Notes under the pieces: model-generated | Told to the model about the DNA's origin: nothing | The model's database searches: none | What the model saw: only the letters and a program-made list of their open reading frames with translations | Source: Eledone cirrhosa | Lineage: Eukaryota | Reading direction: 5' to 3' | Length of the DNA stretch: 64,000 bases | Assembly (NCBI GenBank): GCA_964016885.1 | Contig: OZ024742.1 | Span: 65,472,001-65,536,000, forward strand | Shown here: one piece after another, positions 1 to 11,607 of the stretch | Position numbering within the stretch: the first letter of the stretch is position 1 | Layout: each line of letters opens with the position of its first letter | Made by a program: the position numbers and the translations under genes

Positions 1-2530
1 ACCATTCCAGTCCCCCACCAAAAGCAAGGAGCGACACGTTCCCAGAAAAGTCTCTAGGCGCTGGAAGAAGTCCGGTCGCGGTGTCCCAGATGGGGCACAC
101 GCTGCCAGCAGCCTGAAGGCTCCACCTTCACTACTGCCGACGTCTAGAACCACCAGTTGGCCCTCCGGGTCCAGGTGTACCTTTCGTGTTGCGAGGCCCA
201 GGTGTTTTCGCAGCAGAGTGACCACCCCGCCCCCACCACCCGACTGACATTGAGATGCATAGATCTCAAAGTCGTCGAAGATGGGGGCCAGTTGGTGCTC
301 GCTGCTGATCCTGGACTCTCAAATAGCTATCACATCCATTCTGTGCGACCTGAGGTTATTTAAGAGTTTGCCCTGCTTCCAGGACATCCCCAGGCCGCGC
401 ACATTTAAACATCCATCTCTTATAACAGCCCTGTTGGTGGTGAAGAGTTTAGAGTGGAGAAAAAGGAAAAGACACATACCTGTCCTTCTCCTGGGGGTGT
501 CGGCGGGGTTGTTTGCTGGGGTGGTGGTTTGGGATGTGGTGGGGAGATCAGTGTGTGGTGGGGTCGTTGTGTTTGGTGGGGGAGGGGTGTCTGGGTTGGT
601 GGTGGGGTGGTTGTGTTTGGTGGGGGAGGGGTGTCTGGGTTGGTGGTGGGGAAACATTTGGTGGGGAAACATTTCAAGAGGACGTGGTTGCTAGGTCTAG
701 TACAGGGGTTCCCCACGTCCTCGGGAAAGTTTTGTTTGAGCATTGCGTAGGTGTCCCTTGGGACCCTAATCATTTTTAAATGCGGTTTAGTCGCCGCGTT
801 GGCGAACATTTTCCCTTCGGTTTCCACCGAAGGGTCTTTGTCTATTGTTTGCACAAGTGTTTGTTGTTTGTGTTGATGTATGTATACTGTTTTTGTTGTG
901 TTGTGTTTGTTTTTGTTTGTTGTTCTTGTGTGTGTTTGCGTTTTGTAGTATGTGTTATGTTTTCGGGAGGGGTGGTTTTTTTTGTTTGTGATGGTTGTGC
1001 TGGTGGCTGTGTGTTTGTTGTATTTTTGTTGATGTGGTGCCTTCTTTTCTTTCTTTTTACCGGTTGAAAGGGTTCTCCCTCGTAGTCACTGGGTGACGTT
1101 GATAAGTGGTCCTCGTCCGTGTTGTTGGGGAGGGGCATATTTTGGGGTTTTGTTGTGGTTGCTTTTGTATTTGTTTTAAATGAGGAGGGGTTGGGTGGGA
1201 CAGTATCTTGTGTTGTTATTTTTTCGTGTTGTTGTGGTTGTTGTTGTTGTGGTGGTGTGGTGGTTGTGTTGTTGTGTGTGGGGTGGGCAGAAGCGTCTTT
1301 TTTGGGGGGCATTTAAAAGGGGACAGGAAGCCCTCAGGTGACCACTTCTTGAACAGTGGTAGCATGAAGGTCGCCTGCCCTCAACAGAAATGTTTATGAA
1401 GGCGACTCCATCCAGGGACACACTCTGCGGTATTCTTGCTATCCGTTCTGGTCTCATTTGGACCAGAACTTCAAGGCTATTGCCGCCGAATACGCCCCCG
1501 GTGGATTCGCCTATTGAAAGGATTGTGTCCTCATCTTCTAAGAATCCCGTTAGCACCCACCAAATGCTCACATTTGGCCTGATGCCCGAGATTCTTATCT
1601 TTTGAGTTCTTTTCCCCAAATATGTGGGGGAAAAGGTTTATGCTTTGGATACAATTGGCGACACAGAATATTTCCGTGCCGCCAATTCATCTTGCATTAA
1701 AACAGATATGCTTCCATACAGTTTCCCTTTCTATATGAAAGCGATATCCTTCCAGGCACTACTTAGGACCAGCTCAATATCGCTTTGGGACAATTGAGCC
1801 GGTTTCCTAGTCGCGTTCAAAACTGTCCTAAAATTTACGGACCTGAGGACTGTGTCCCTTCTAATTTCTTCGGGGGAGGTAATTGTGAATTCCCCACCTT
1901 CCCCGAAACTTACACAATTCCTTGCTTCTTTCAGCAATTTCTTGGCATTCGAGATGTCCAGTGCCTTGTATGTCTGCGTTTCTCGAACCGCCTGTGCGAA
2001 GGAGACTGCAGCTGTGGGTCCGTTTTCTTTCGTGTTGTTATCATTGTTGTTGTTGTTATTCGTGTTGGCTTGCTTTTTTCCTTTGTTGGTGTTGTCATTA
2101 TTGCTGTTGCTGGTTGTGTTGTTATTGTCATTGTTGTTCTTGTTTGTGTAATTGTTACTTTTGGGGTTTTCACCCATTTCCACAATTTTTTCTTTTGATT
2201 CCGTGGTGTCTTTTGCGGGAGTGAGGAGGGAAGGCTTACAGCGTTATGCTGTTACCTTCTCTCTATCACTTTCCTTGGGGGTCGTGGCATGCGTCGTGTC
2301 AATGGCGTCCATTGTCACTTAACGACTTTTTATCGATAACTTATAACTATCAAATTTCCCCCCCCAAAGGGGCGAAATTTATTTTACCCAACGTCTGCAG
2401 GCCCAGGCGAGGGTTAAACACAACAAATATCAAGTAGCTTAAACAAACCTACCGCTTCTCGTAATAAATTCCGACAAAATGCAGGAGCGAAACAAAAACA
2501 CGTCTATCTTCTTCGAGATAGATAGGAAAT
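1..2530 (-). mobile_element. Tx1/L1-clade non-LTR retrotransposon, 5' half (5' UTR, broken ORF1, start of ORF2 APE endonuclease); continues off the left edge
   Basis: ORF1 pieces 1731-2183 and 1176-1619 include the CCHC knuckle VEGRRPSCYHCSRSGHLRASC. ORF2 start reads GCLNVRGLGMSWKQGKLLNNLRSHRMDVIAI (about 430-320), and LLVGDWNG lies at 1-30. Both are homologous to the element at 52201-56431. The 5' boundary is approximate. Confidence 0.88.
842..2183 (-). pseudogene. Tx1 ORF1 (gag-like, CX2CX4HX4C zinc knuckle), interrupted by stops/frameshifts
   Basis: ORF track pieces 1731-2183, 1176-1619 and 842-1312; knuckle near 1335-1375. Confidence 0.8.
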
Positions 2531-2858
2531 CCGATAGAAGCAGCTTCACCAGCATCGCCAGTGGCAATCATCAGAAGCATGTTCCCGCCAGTGTTACCGC
2601 GGGTCGGGTTTAACGTTATTCTTGCAGTTCAATGCTTTTTGAGCAGTAGAAATTACTTCATAGTTATCAGAAACTGGAAGTAAGAAGTATAATAATTATG
2701 GTATATCTCTCTACAAGTACACTCTATTTCAAGCTGAGAATGTATTTTATTGATTTATTTTAGTCGGACCGCTAAGTTACAGGCCATATTTACCTATACC
2801 TACACAATCACAGGTAGACAGGCAGACAAATGTGTGCACACGCACCCACATACACACG

Positions 2859-2899
<41 letters not shown>

Positions 2900-3648
2900 T
2901 GAAAATATTGCTTGAAGGAAAGTACCGAGTGGTGAGATCAAGAATATTTTCTAGGAAAATAGCAATATCCTAAATTCCATCGTGCAGTACTTTTAATGTG
3001 GTGACAGAAACTGCTTAACATGGATTCGAGAGGTTTAAATGTTTTGAAAGCGTACATTGATTACTACATGCCGTGGAAAACGTATCACATATTAACCGCG
3101 GTATCTGTTCCTGCATTCTACGCTCTAAGTTCAAATCCCGCCTGGGTCAACGAAAAACTCCGCCCTTCTGTTCGTGCGCCCGGTAGACATATAAGTTCCT
3201 AAAGGGTCATTCCCAGCCGTTGTGTTTACAATTAGCGGAGCGAAGCGCTATCTATATGACCGATTTCATTACTAGTGTTCTTGTTGCTGCTTGGCTATCG
3301 GGTGGGGATGTAGTTGTTGCCATTAACAGGGTATTGTTATCACTGCTACTACAACGGCCAATGTAGGCGATATGGTGGTGGTGGTGGTGATCGTTGTTGT
3401 TGTTCTTGCTGTTGTTGTTGCTGTTGTCTTGAATGTAGCTGTCACCACACAGTTTATATCGCCCTCCCTCAGAATTCCGTTTATTGCTTCCACTATGTGT
3501 TGAAATCTAACTACGCATAGACTATTGTCTGATGCATGTCACCACAACGCAGTTGAAAGTTTATCCTTTTGTCACATTTACTGCCATAGGCGGCACGGAC
3601 TGGAATCGAATTCTGTCGATCGATTGGTTATTGATTAGGTGAGACCCA

Positions 3649-3756
3649 CTGATGAATCCACATGCGGTGATTGTGCATTGTTGCATAATAAACTTAGACA
3701 GTAGATGCCGTACGCTCTCTTGCTGCATTAAGTGTGGCCGAAACTCGAGTACAGGC
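3649..3756 (+). ncRNA. Decayed hammerhead-like motif
   Basis: CTGATGA at 3649, ccaca.../tgtgg stem II ends, then GAAA-ctcgag-TA with a palindromic stem III; stem I no longer pairs. Confidence 0.4.
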
Positions 3757-4382
3757 ATACATTTATGGAACCCATTTACGTGTTTTTTTGAAGCAATTAA
3801 CTTTAAGTCTATTCTGGGATTTTTACATAACCTCACCTATTGAATACGCTGAGATGCAACCGGTACTAGCAGGGAAACGTGTGTGTGTGTGTTTACACTA
3901 TAAAGAAACACGAGGGAAAAAGGAGGAAGAGAAATCACGGAAGACAAAAACACAAGGATGATTCCCACTCATCGGCTGTCTTCGTCTTATGGGCTCCCTA
4001 TTTTGAATTTATATTCTAAAGACATAGTCATGCGGGCTTTGAAACTGTCATATAATAGACATCACATCACCTGGCACGTTTTCCTTCCTAAATTTTCTAC
4101 ACGTTGGACAACAGTCCTCTTTCTCTTCGTTTTTATTATTTCTCTCCTTTCTATATTTTTCTCCTTTGGCTAAGCCCTTGCGTACTCTATATTTGTGTGG
4201 TTTACCTAAAGGCATAACCTGTTTCTGCCTGTTTTGTTGTGTCCCGGTGTGCACTGAAATGAACGGTGTCGACCTCATTTTTTACCGAAACCGTAGTTAT
4301 TTCCAGAGATTGACAGAGGAGATGGGACAGTCCATCGTTCTGTTATTTTTTTCATTGTCCTTGTCCTATGCGCTCCTTATTT

Positions 4383-4417
<35 letters not shown>

Positions 4418-4422
<5 letters not shown>

Positions 4423-4695
4423 CGGAACAAGTAAACATTAAACAAACTTTTAAATAAATTAAAATACGATTTAAATATTTACCTCTTCTAGTGCCATGAC
4501 CGACGGTTTCGCTAATCAAAAGATTGGAAATTCAGAGAATTTCCACTGGAAAGATATAGCTCTTCAGATAGCTTTTCCAAACCTACGAGATATAAATCCA
4601 CGTAGATGTAGATGTGTCGCTTTATGCCCGGTGAATGAATCAAGCCGTTAAAATTACCATCACACAAATGGGCCGTTAGAAAGAGCGTGAATAAT

Positions 4696-4700
<5 letters not shown>
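4418..4700 (-). mobile_element. Solo PLE pLTR/3'-end fragment between (TA)n arrays
   Basis: Contains the HHR at 4493-4572, is non-coding and is flanked on both sides by (TA)n. Confidence 0.6.
4493..4572 (-). ncRNA. Type I hammerhead ribozyme
   Basis: Minus strand: gctat-CTGAAGA-gcta...tagc-GAAA-ccgtcgg-TC-atggc. Stem I gctat/atggc pairs; stem III is the near-palindrome ACCG-T-CGGT; cleavage triplet GUC. Confidence 0.75.
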
Positions 4701-4756
<56 letters not shown>

Positions 4757-5036
4757 TGTTTGAGATTTTATTTATAACAATAAATATATCCTCTATGCAT
4801 ATAAATCACACACGCACATGCATATATTGAAATGGGTTTTAAACACTATATTATCTAAAATATTGAGTGTGTACTGTATGTATGTGTGTGTGCCTGCGTG
4901 CGTGAGTGTGTATGACCGAATAGGAGACAAGCACTAGCTAAGTCACGCTATCGCTAACAGGTAACAGAACACAGAAACACACACACACAGACACACACAC
5001 AGACACACACACGCACACACGCACAAACTTACACGC

Positions 5037-5122
<86 letters not shown>

Positions 5123-5266
5123 AATATTAGAATACTCCTTTCAAGGGCAGAGTGGAGGTATTTATAAATCATGTCTGTGCTTCATAACGGCACCTCTGCA
5201 CCAGACTCATCGATGACAATGTATAGGTTTAGTGCGCATGCGTATATATATATATATATGCGTATA

Positions 5267-5522
5267 TGTAGGAGGTGAGTTTTATTGTAGTACAATAAAG
5301 CAATGCAAATATCGGATAAGTAGCACTCTACAGTTTGTAGGGCTGGAGTATAAATAATATATAAGATCAAAAGATGGTTAAAAGAGTTCCATGTATTTTA
5401 TTATGCGCATTTCAAAAACAAATATCTATTGCAATAACATTTGCGTTTTCGTCAGATAAAATAGGGAGACATGATATGAAGGTTAAAACACACTTGTGAA
5501 TAGTGCAGTTTTAAATCAACAT
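5267..5522 (-). mobile_element. Naiad-like PLE family A 3' end (pLTR fragment) in (TA)n
   Basis: Closely matches 48073-48330 (tgtaggaggtgagttttattgtagtacaata...ttttaaatcaacata) and the reverse complement of 12880-13040. Confidence 0.85.
5394..5463 (-). ncRNA. Type I hammerhead ribozyme, family A
   Basis: tattttat-CTGACGA-aaacgcaaatg...atttgttttt-GAAA-tgcgca-TA-ataaaata; palindromic stem III TGCGCA. Confidence 0.85.
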
Positions 5523-5530
5523 ATATATGC

Positions 5531-5563
<33 letters not shown>

Positions 5564-5567
<4 letters not shown>

Positions 5568-5838
5568 AAAGTTTTATATAAAATTGTTGGGTTACAACAA
5601 GTAAATATTTTATAACTGATATAAAGCACTCGACAAGTTTTTGGAGTAGATATACGATATTAAACAAATGGAAACTATATTTATAAAACCATATTTATTT
5701 CATTATTAATTAATACAATATATATTGTATTCTATCTGACGAAGGCATGCCATATTTTTAATATGGTATCCCTGAAATATGTATAATGAAATAAATATGG
5801 TTTTATAAATATAGTTTCCATTTGTTTAATATCGTATA
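5564..5838. mobile_element. PLE family B pLTR fragment with internal inversion (arms about 5651-5706 / 5783-5838)
   Basis: 56-bp inverted arms; homologous to 10738-11141, 34540-34742 and 62250-62288. Confidence 0.75.
5728..5793 (+). ncRNA. Type I hammerhead ribozyme, family B
   Basis: tattctat-CTGACGA-aggcatgccatatt..aatatggtatccct-GAAA-tatgta-TA-atgaaata. Confidence 0.75.
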
Positions 5839-5855
5839 TATATATATATATATAT

Positions 5856-6486
5856 GTGAAAAACTCGGTACATCTACATATGTACACGTGTGTGTATTCA
5901 TATGCATACTAGTATTTCAGTATACATATGTGGATGTACATTTTTAACTTAATTGTTTAAGCGTCAGTCATACAAAAGTGAGTTACAAACGAAACGAAAT
6001 TTAATTTCGTTTCGTTATTTGTTTTTATCGTCTCCGTTGAACCGGTACGTACTCACGCTCTATGCAAATTAGTCTGCCCACTACTAATTTTCATAGAAAA
6101 AGCATATAACGATATGTGCTTTTACGATTCTCTAGAAAGGCCGGAAGATAGGTAAATATTGCTGATGAGATGTAACAACATCGAAACTAGTCCAATATTT
6201 CTTGTCTGGCTTTCTGGAGAATAGAGGAAAGGTGTTTCCTCAAAAACCAGTATGACTCTAAAAACCGGTTTGTCTGTGTGTTTACATACAGAATAGCTGG
6301 ACACTCACAGTAAAGTGACCAGTGAAAAACTCGGTACATCTACATATGTACACGTGTGTGTATTCATATGCATACTAGTATTTCAGTATACATATGTGGA
6401 TGTACATTTTTAACTTAATTGTTTAAGCGTCAGTCATACAAAAGTGAGTTACAAACGAAACGAAATTTAATTTCGTTTCGTTATTT

Positions 6487-6490
<4 letters not shown>
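5856..6490 (+). mobile_element. Non-coding HHR element, 466-bp period, 1.36 tandem copies (retrozyme-like or tandem pLTR)
   Basis: 5856-6024 equals 6322-6490 (169 bp, identical by eye); central HHR; several strong hairpins; flanked by (TA)n. Confidence 0.75.
6154..6200 (+). ncRNA. Minimal type I hammerhead ribozyme
   Basis: aaatattg-CTGATGA-gatgt(aaca)acatc-GAAA-ctag-TC-caatattt: 8-bp stem I, 5-bp stem II, palindromic ACTAGT stem III, GUC cleavage after 6192. Confidence 0.92.
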
Positions 6491-6570
<80 letters not shown>

Positions 6571-6809
6571 ATATATATGTATATGTATATATATATGTAT
6601 ATATATATAATCTTTGCCTGAGTCCTGTATTTTCGTTGCTCTAGTGATGCGGCTGGACTGCCGATCGCTATATTTGATTTGCTAAGCTGTCTAAACGTAT
6701 TGTTATTACTCTGGGGTACTTTCCCCATCCGAGTGCTAAAGCTACAGACCGAATTTGCATTCGTCAGCTTGGCCGCGAACTAAAGCTTCGTTAATGCTGT
6801 ACTAAAATT

Positions 6810-6853
<44 letters not shown>

Positions 6854-6861
6854 TATATTTA

Positions 6862-6938
<77 letters not shown>

Positions 6939-6954
6939 ATATATATATATATAC

Positions 6955-7060
<106 letters not shown>

Positions 7061-7091
7061 GTATATATATATGTATATATATATATATACG

Positions 7092-7169
<78 letters not shown>

Positions 7170-7172
<3 letters not shown>

Positions 7173-7650
7173 TTTGTCTTAGTCTCATTCATTCTCAGCC
7201 CCACACTCATCGATACAGTCTCAACCTCCTGCATCAACCCCTCTGCCTCCTTCACTGTATTTGTCACCAAAAGTATGTCGTCGGCAAATTCAGCATCTGA
7301 TATCTTTTTCGCCTTAATTCTCCTGCTCCGAGCCGGTGTTACAGTAAAGCCAGAGTCCTGGTGTTTCTCCAGTGCAAGGCGCATACAATAGTCCACTACG
7401 ATGATAAAAAAGGTAGGGAGCCAATGTATCTCCCTGGAGCACTCCAGCCAGTATCTCAAAGAACTCTGTCATCCCATCAGGTGTAATGACTTGGGCTCTG
7501 AACATTAATCAGTATACAATGAGGATGAAACACTCAGAGCTGTATGGGAGCCTCCCAAAAGTCAGCTCAAAAGTGACACAGAGGAGACTGAGATTAGCTG
7601 GACATGCTCACCGACATCCAGAGTCAACACTGCACTCAGTGCTCCTGTGA
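7170..7650. mobile_element. RTE/RTE-X LINE fragment with internal inversion
   Basis: Minus 7170-7505 reads [13 protein letters not shown]...EFADDI...[10 protein letters not shown] (RT, one frameshift). Plus 7505-7650 reads ELYGSLPKVSSKVTQRRLRLAGHAHRH (downstream RTE region). Confidence 0.85.
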
Positions 7651-7689
7651 CTACGCTCGCCAATAAGACCTGGCAACTCCGAGAATGTA

Positions 7690-8477
7690 ACCGGCAGTTT
7701 ACCTTGAAATGGGATAAACTATCCAGCGCTAGTGCATATCGGAGTGGATTGAAGTACTATGCAACCTTGAACTCTTTTATATCTTAAATTCCAAAAACAA
7801 ATTACTAAATGACAGAATCGAACGATCGTTATACTGCAGCCACAAACTGAAGGCTAAATTCTCTCACTATAAAATAACTTAACATTTGAACCCGAGACTG
7901 CAACATCGCTTTCTCGCTAACTAATTCCTCTCAATAACTACTTCCTAACTATATCCCCCACCCCCACACTACAAGCCAATACCCTGCTTATCATTATAAA
8001 TGGATACTTGAGTGCGATTTGCAGACTACAACTATGAACTCGATGTATCCCCCATCTCGTAGCCTTCGTCTGTCTCCTCTCTATCTCTCTCTCGCCCTTG
8101 GTCTACCACACTCTCTTTCTACATCTACGAACCTGTTCTCTGTGGCAATAAATAATCCCAATCTTGACCACATCAACACAATGCCTAAGGGCTGTCACCT
8201 TGAGAATAAACAGTATAATAAAACCCCTACCACAACATTTTGATTAAGCTATCTGTATTCTTCAAACCACTCTCTCCCACTTCTCAAACCCCTACATCTC
8301 TCTCTCTCCCTCTCCCCTTCTTTCTCTCTTCCTTTCTACTCTATCTTCTCCAATAACTTCCTTTAAGAAATACATTTTAACTATTCTGCTCTGAGGAAAT
8401 GGTAGTGGCAGCATTTGAAAATTGAGTTTCTGCAATCAAATAATTATCAATTTGCACATAGCCATGGCTAGGCTGTA

Positions 8478-8481
<4 letters not shown>
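7690..8481 (+). mobile_element. Decayed Naiad-like PLE 3' fragment
   Basis: Hand translation LKWDKLSSASAY...LCNLELFYILNSKNKLLNDRIERSLYCSHK aligns with the C-termini at 49256 and 63324. It is followed by a pyrimidine-rich UTR, a decayed HHR-like motif CTGAGGA..GAAA (about 8390-8426) and (TA)n. Confidence 0.65.
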
Positions 8482-8533
<52 letters not shown>

Positions 8534-8624
8534 ATGATTATATATATATATATATTCTCCTTACTATCCCTGCTTTCATATTTCTCCTTGCGCCCCCTTT
8601 CTCATTGTATATAAACAAGTACAT

Positions 8625-9690
8625 AGATACAAGGAGAAAGGGAGAGCAAGGAGAAAAGGAGAGTAAGGAAAGCAAGGAGAAAAGGAGAGCAAGGAGAGCA
8701 ATGAGAAAAGGAGATCAAGAAGAGCAAGGTGAGTGAGGAGAAAAGGAGAGTAAGGAGAGAAAGGTGAGGAAGAAAAAGGGAGAGCAAGGATAGCAAGGAT
8801 AAAAGGAGAGCAATGAGAACAAGGATAAAAGGAGAGCAAGGAGAGCAAGGAGAGAAAGGTGAGGAAGAGAAAGGGAGAGCAAGGAGAGCAAGAAGAGCAA
8901 GGAGAGTAATGAGAAAAAGAGACGAAGGCTAGGAAGTAGAGGAAGGAGAAAAGGAGAGCAAGGAGAACAAGGATAAAAGGAGAGCAAGGAGAAAAGGAGA
9001 GCAAGGAGAGCAAGGATAAAAGGAGAGCACGGAGAGCAATGATAAAAGGAGAACAAGGTGAAAAGGAGAGCAAGGTGAGGAAAGAGAAAATGAGAGCAAG
9101 GAGAGCAAGAAGAGCAAGGAGAAAGGGAGAGCAAGGAGAGTAATGAGAAAAAGAGACGAAGGTTAGGAAGTAGAGGAAGGAGAAAAGGAGAGCAAGGAGA
9201 ACAAGTATAAAAGGAGAGCAAGGAGAAAGGGAGAGCAAGGAGAAAGGGAGAGCAAGGAGAAAGGGAGAGCAAGGAGAGAAAGGATAAAGGGACAGCAATG
9301 ATAAAAGGAGAGCAAGGAGAAAAGGAGAGCAAGGTGAGGAAGGAGAAACGGAGAGCAAGGAGAGAAAGGTGAGGAAGAGAAAGGGAGAGCAAGGAGAGCA
9401 AGAAGAGCAAGGAGAAAAGGAGAGCAAGGAGAGCAAGGAGAGCAAGGAGAAAAGGAGAGCAAAGAGACTAATGACAAAAGGAGACGAAGGCTAGGAAGGA
9501 GAGGAAGGAGAAAAGGAGAGCAAGGAGAGGAATGAGAAAAGGAGAGCAAGGAGAGCAAGGATAACAGGAGTGAAAGTAGAACAAGTAGAGCAATGAGAAA
9601 AGGAGAACAAGGAGAGCACGGAGAGCAAGGAGAAAAGTAGAACACGGAGAGCAATGAGAAAAATAGAGCAAGGACAGCAAGGAGAGGTTA
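8625..9690. repeat. Polypurine minisatellite built from GGAGAGCAA / GGAGAAAA modules
   Basis: About 1 kb of almost purely A/G top strand with 8-9 bp modules and longer duplicated blocks. Confidence 0.9.
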
Positions 9691-9849
9691 AGGCAAATAT
9701 TGCTCAAGTTATGCTGGAAACAGACAAAGGTGAAGAAGAGAAAGAATAAAAATATCAACTGAAGAGGTACATTCTGCACCAAAATGACTTTTCTTCCTTT
9801 ACAAACATCGAGTTTTCGTCTTTTGTAACCCTGGTACAAAATCTTTCTT

Positions 9850-10726
9850 CAGGAGATTTTCTATCAGCACCGATTTCCTCGACAAAGACCCTTCAACATT
9901 GAAGGATGATCCTGGTTACAAAAGTGGACTTGAAAAACTTGAGGAGACAGTTGTTGTGAATGATGTTGCAGAAAGAGGTATCAAACTAATTCAGGATTAC
10001 AATAACATTCTCACAAAAGATGAAACTGAGAAACAATTTGTTTTACAGATCGTTACCGAAAACGGTAAAACATACCCAACTGCCACTAAATCCTTTCTTA
10101 TGCAAAAATAATTGTTTCTACTTTTGGCACAAGGCCAGCAATTATTCCAGTGCATTACTGGTACTTTATTTTATCGACCCCGTAAGGATGAAAGGCAAAA
10201 TTATCCTCGGCGGGATTTGAACTCAGAATGGCAAGGGCCGTAACTCTATGCCTCAAAGCATGGTGTCCGACCCTCTACCGATACTGCCAATCCACCGCCC
10301 CTATGCAAAAATAATGTTCAATATTCAGTGTTCAGTGTTCACATTATGTTTTTGATTCTATATAAATTGTTGTAAATAAAAATGCGTTTCCCTTATAGAA
10401 AAACCTAATATCTCTCAAGTTTTTCATGTTATTTCAGGAATATTTCAAATTAACTATTGGTAAATTTGATTCAGATCGTTTTTAAACATTTGTTGGGGTT
10501 GCCTGGATGAGTTTCTCTAAGAAGAAAAAAGAAAATGGTCAAGATATACACCTTTTGAACAGAATTAATCGTTCCAAATTCAAGACGTTTGAGGGTCACC
10601 TAACAGTTGTCCGAGTGAGCTGAAATTTTGTATATCCCATGTTTTTGGTGATTGGAACAGGAATGAGGGATGGGAGCAGCAATTTTAACTTGGGAGCAAA
10701 TTACCTAATGCTAATGTCCACCCTAA
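9850..10726 (+). mobile_element. hAT (hATm-like) DNA transposon 3' remnant
   Basis: ORF 9899-10111 VVVNDVAERGIKLIQDYNNILTKDETEKQFVLQIV resembles the hATm transposase C-terminus; terminus ...tgtccaccctaa at 10726 is a TTAGGGTG-type TIR on the minus strand. Confidence 0.7.
10113..10301 (-). mobile_element. Full-length tRNA-derived SINE (Meta-like core) with 14-bp TSD
   Basis: A-box TTGGCAGTATCGGT, B-box GAGTTCAAATCCC and core GCCTTTCATCCTTACGGGGTCGATAAAATAAAGTACCAG; TSD tatgcaaaaataat at 10099-10112 and 10302-10315. Confidence 0.9.
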
Positions 10727-10861
10727 TATATATATATGAGAAGTTATATTTAATTTGTTGGGATTCTTAAAAGTTTATAACTGGTATAGAGCACTCAACA
10801 GTTTACTGGAGTAAATATTCAATATATTAATAAATGGAAACTATATTTATAAAACCATAAT

Positions 10862-10927
10862 TATTTTATTATATATATTTCAAGGGCAACCAAGGCAATC
10901 TTGGTGCGCTTTCATCAGATAAATTAC
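10862..10927 (-). ncRNA. Type I hammerhead ribozyme, family B
   Basis: Reverse complement: CTGATGA-aagcgcaccaag..cttggttgccctt-GAAA-tatata-TA-ataaaata. Confidence 0.8.
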
Positions 10928-11034
10928 AAAATTTGTTCTATAAATACTGACATAACCGTGGAAAACAACCAACGAAATTTCAACCGTCAAGGTTGTTTTC
11001 CACGGTTATGTCACTATTTATAAAACAAATTTTG

Positions 11035-11099
11035 TATTTTATCTGATGAAAGCGCACCAAGAATGCCTTGGTTGCCCTTGAAATATATATAATAAAATA
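11035..11099 (+). ncRNA. Type I hammerhead ribozyme, family B
   Basis: tattttat-CTGATGA-aagcgcaccaagaatgccttggttgccctt-GAAA-tatata-TA-ataaaata. Confidence 0.82.
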
Positions 11100-11160
11100 A
11101 TTATGGTTTTATAAATATAGTTTCCATTTATTAATATATTGTATATATATATATATATGG

Positions 11161-11500
11161 TAAAGTTGTATATATCTGTATAAATACAGAGTGTATAACC
11201 TAGACTACACCAACGCGTGTAAATGTATACACATATCTAATATGTAGGCATATAAACATGTCCGGAAAAAAATTTCCTTGTAAATTGAAAAAAAATGATA
11301 AACATCTTTAATCGATTTTCAGATTTTTTTTTACCTTCATGAGAAGACGCGTATATCATCCAATTATTTTATCATCTTTTCAATATACAGGGAAATTCGT
11401 ATTTTCTGGCATGTTTACATGTCTATATGTTAGATATAAGTATATATTTATACTGGTGCAGTCTCGATTACACATTCTGTATTTATATAGATATACTTTA
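11161..11500. repeat. Diverged inverted repeat (arms about 11161-11301 / 11367-11500)
   Basis: e.g. tatatctgtataaatacaga vs tctgtatttatatagatata; aaacatg..atgataaa vs tttatcat..catgttt. Confidence 0.7.
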
Positions 11501-11607
11501 CATGCACACACAATATATATATATAAAGGGGGCGCACACGAAAAAAGCGGACAGGCCCTTCTCTTCAGTTATCTTCTGGAAATCTTTATAGTTTATATAT
11601 ATATATA

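Larger units (their letters stand above)
10738..11141. mobile_element. PLE family B fold-back pLTR (151-bp inverted arms 10820-10970 / 10991-11141)
   Basis: Near-perfect palindrome with a 20-bp spacer, one HHR per arm, flanked by (TA)n. Confidence 0.85.

Noticed and set aside
4255-4305. CTGAAATGA..accGAAAccg HHR-like string
   Set aside because: Core spacing is wrong and stem I is absent
8576-9654. Long hydrophobic Leu/Ser/Pro ORFs
   Set aside because: They are the pyrimidine strand of the minisatellite, open in several frames
10720-10726. CCCTAA telomeric unit
   Set aside because: A single unit, better explained as a hATm TIR end
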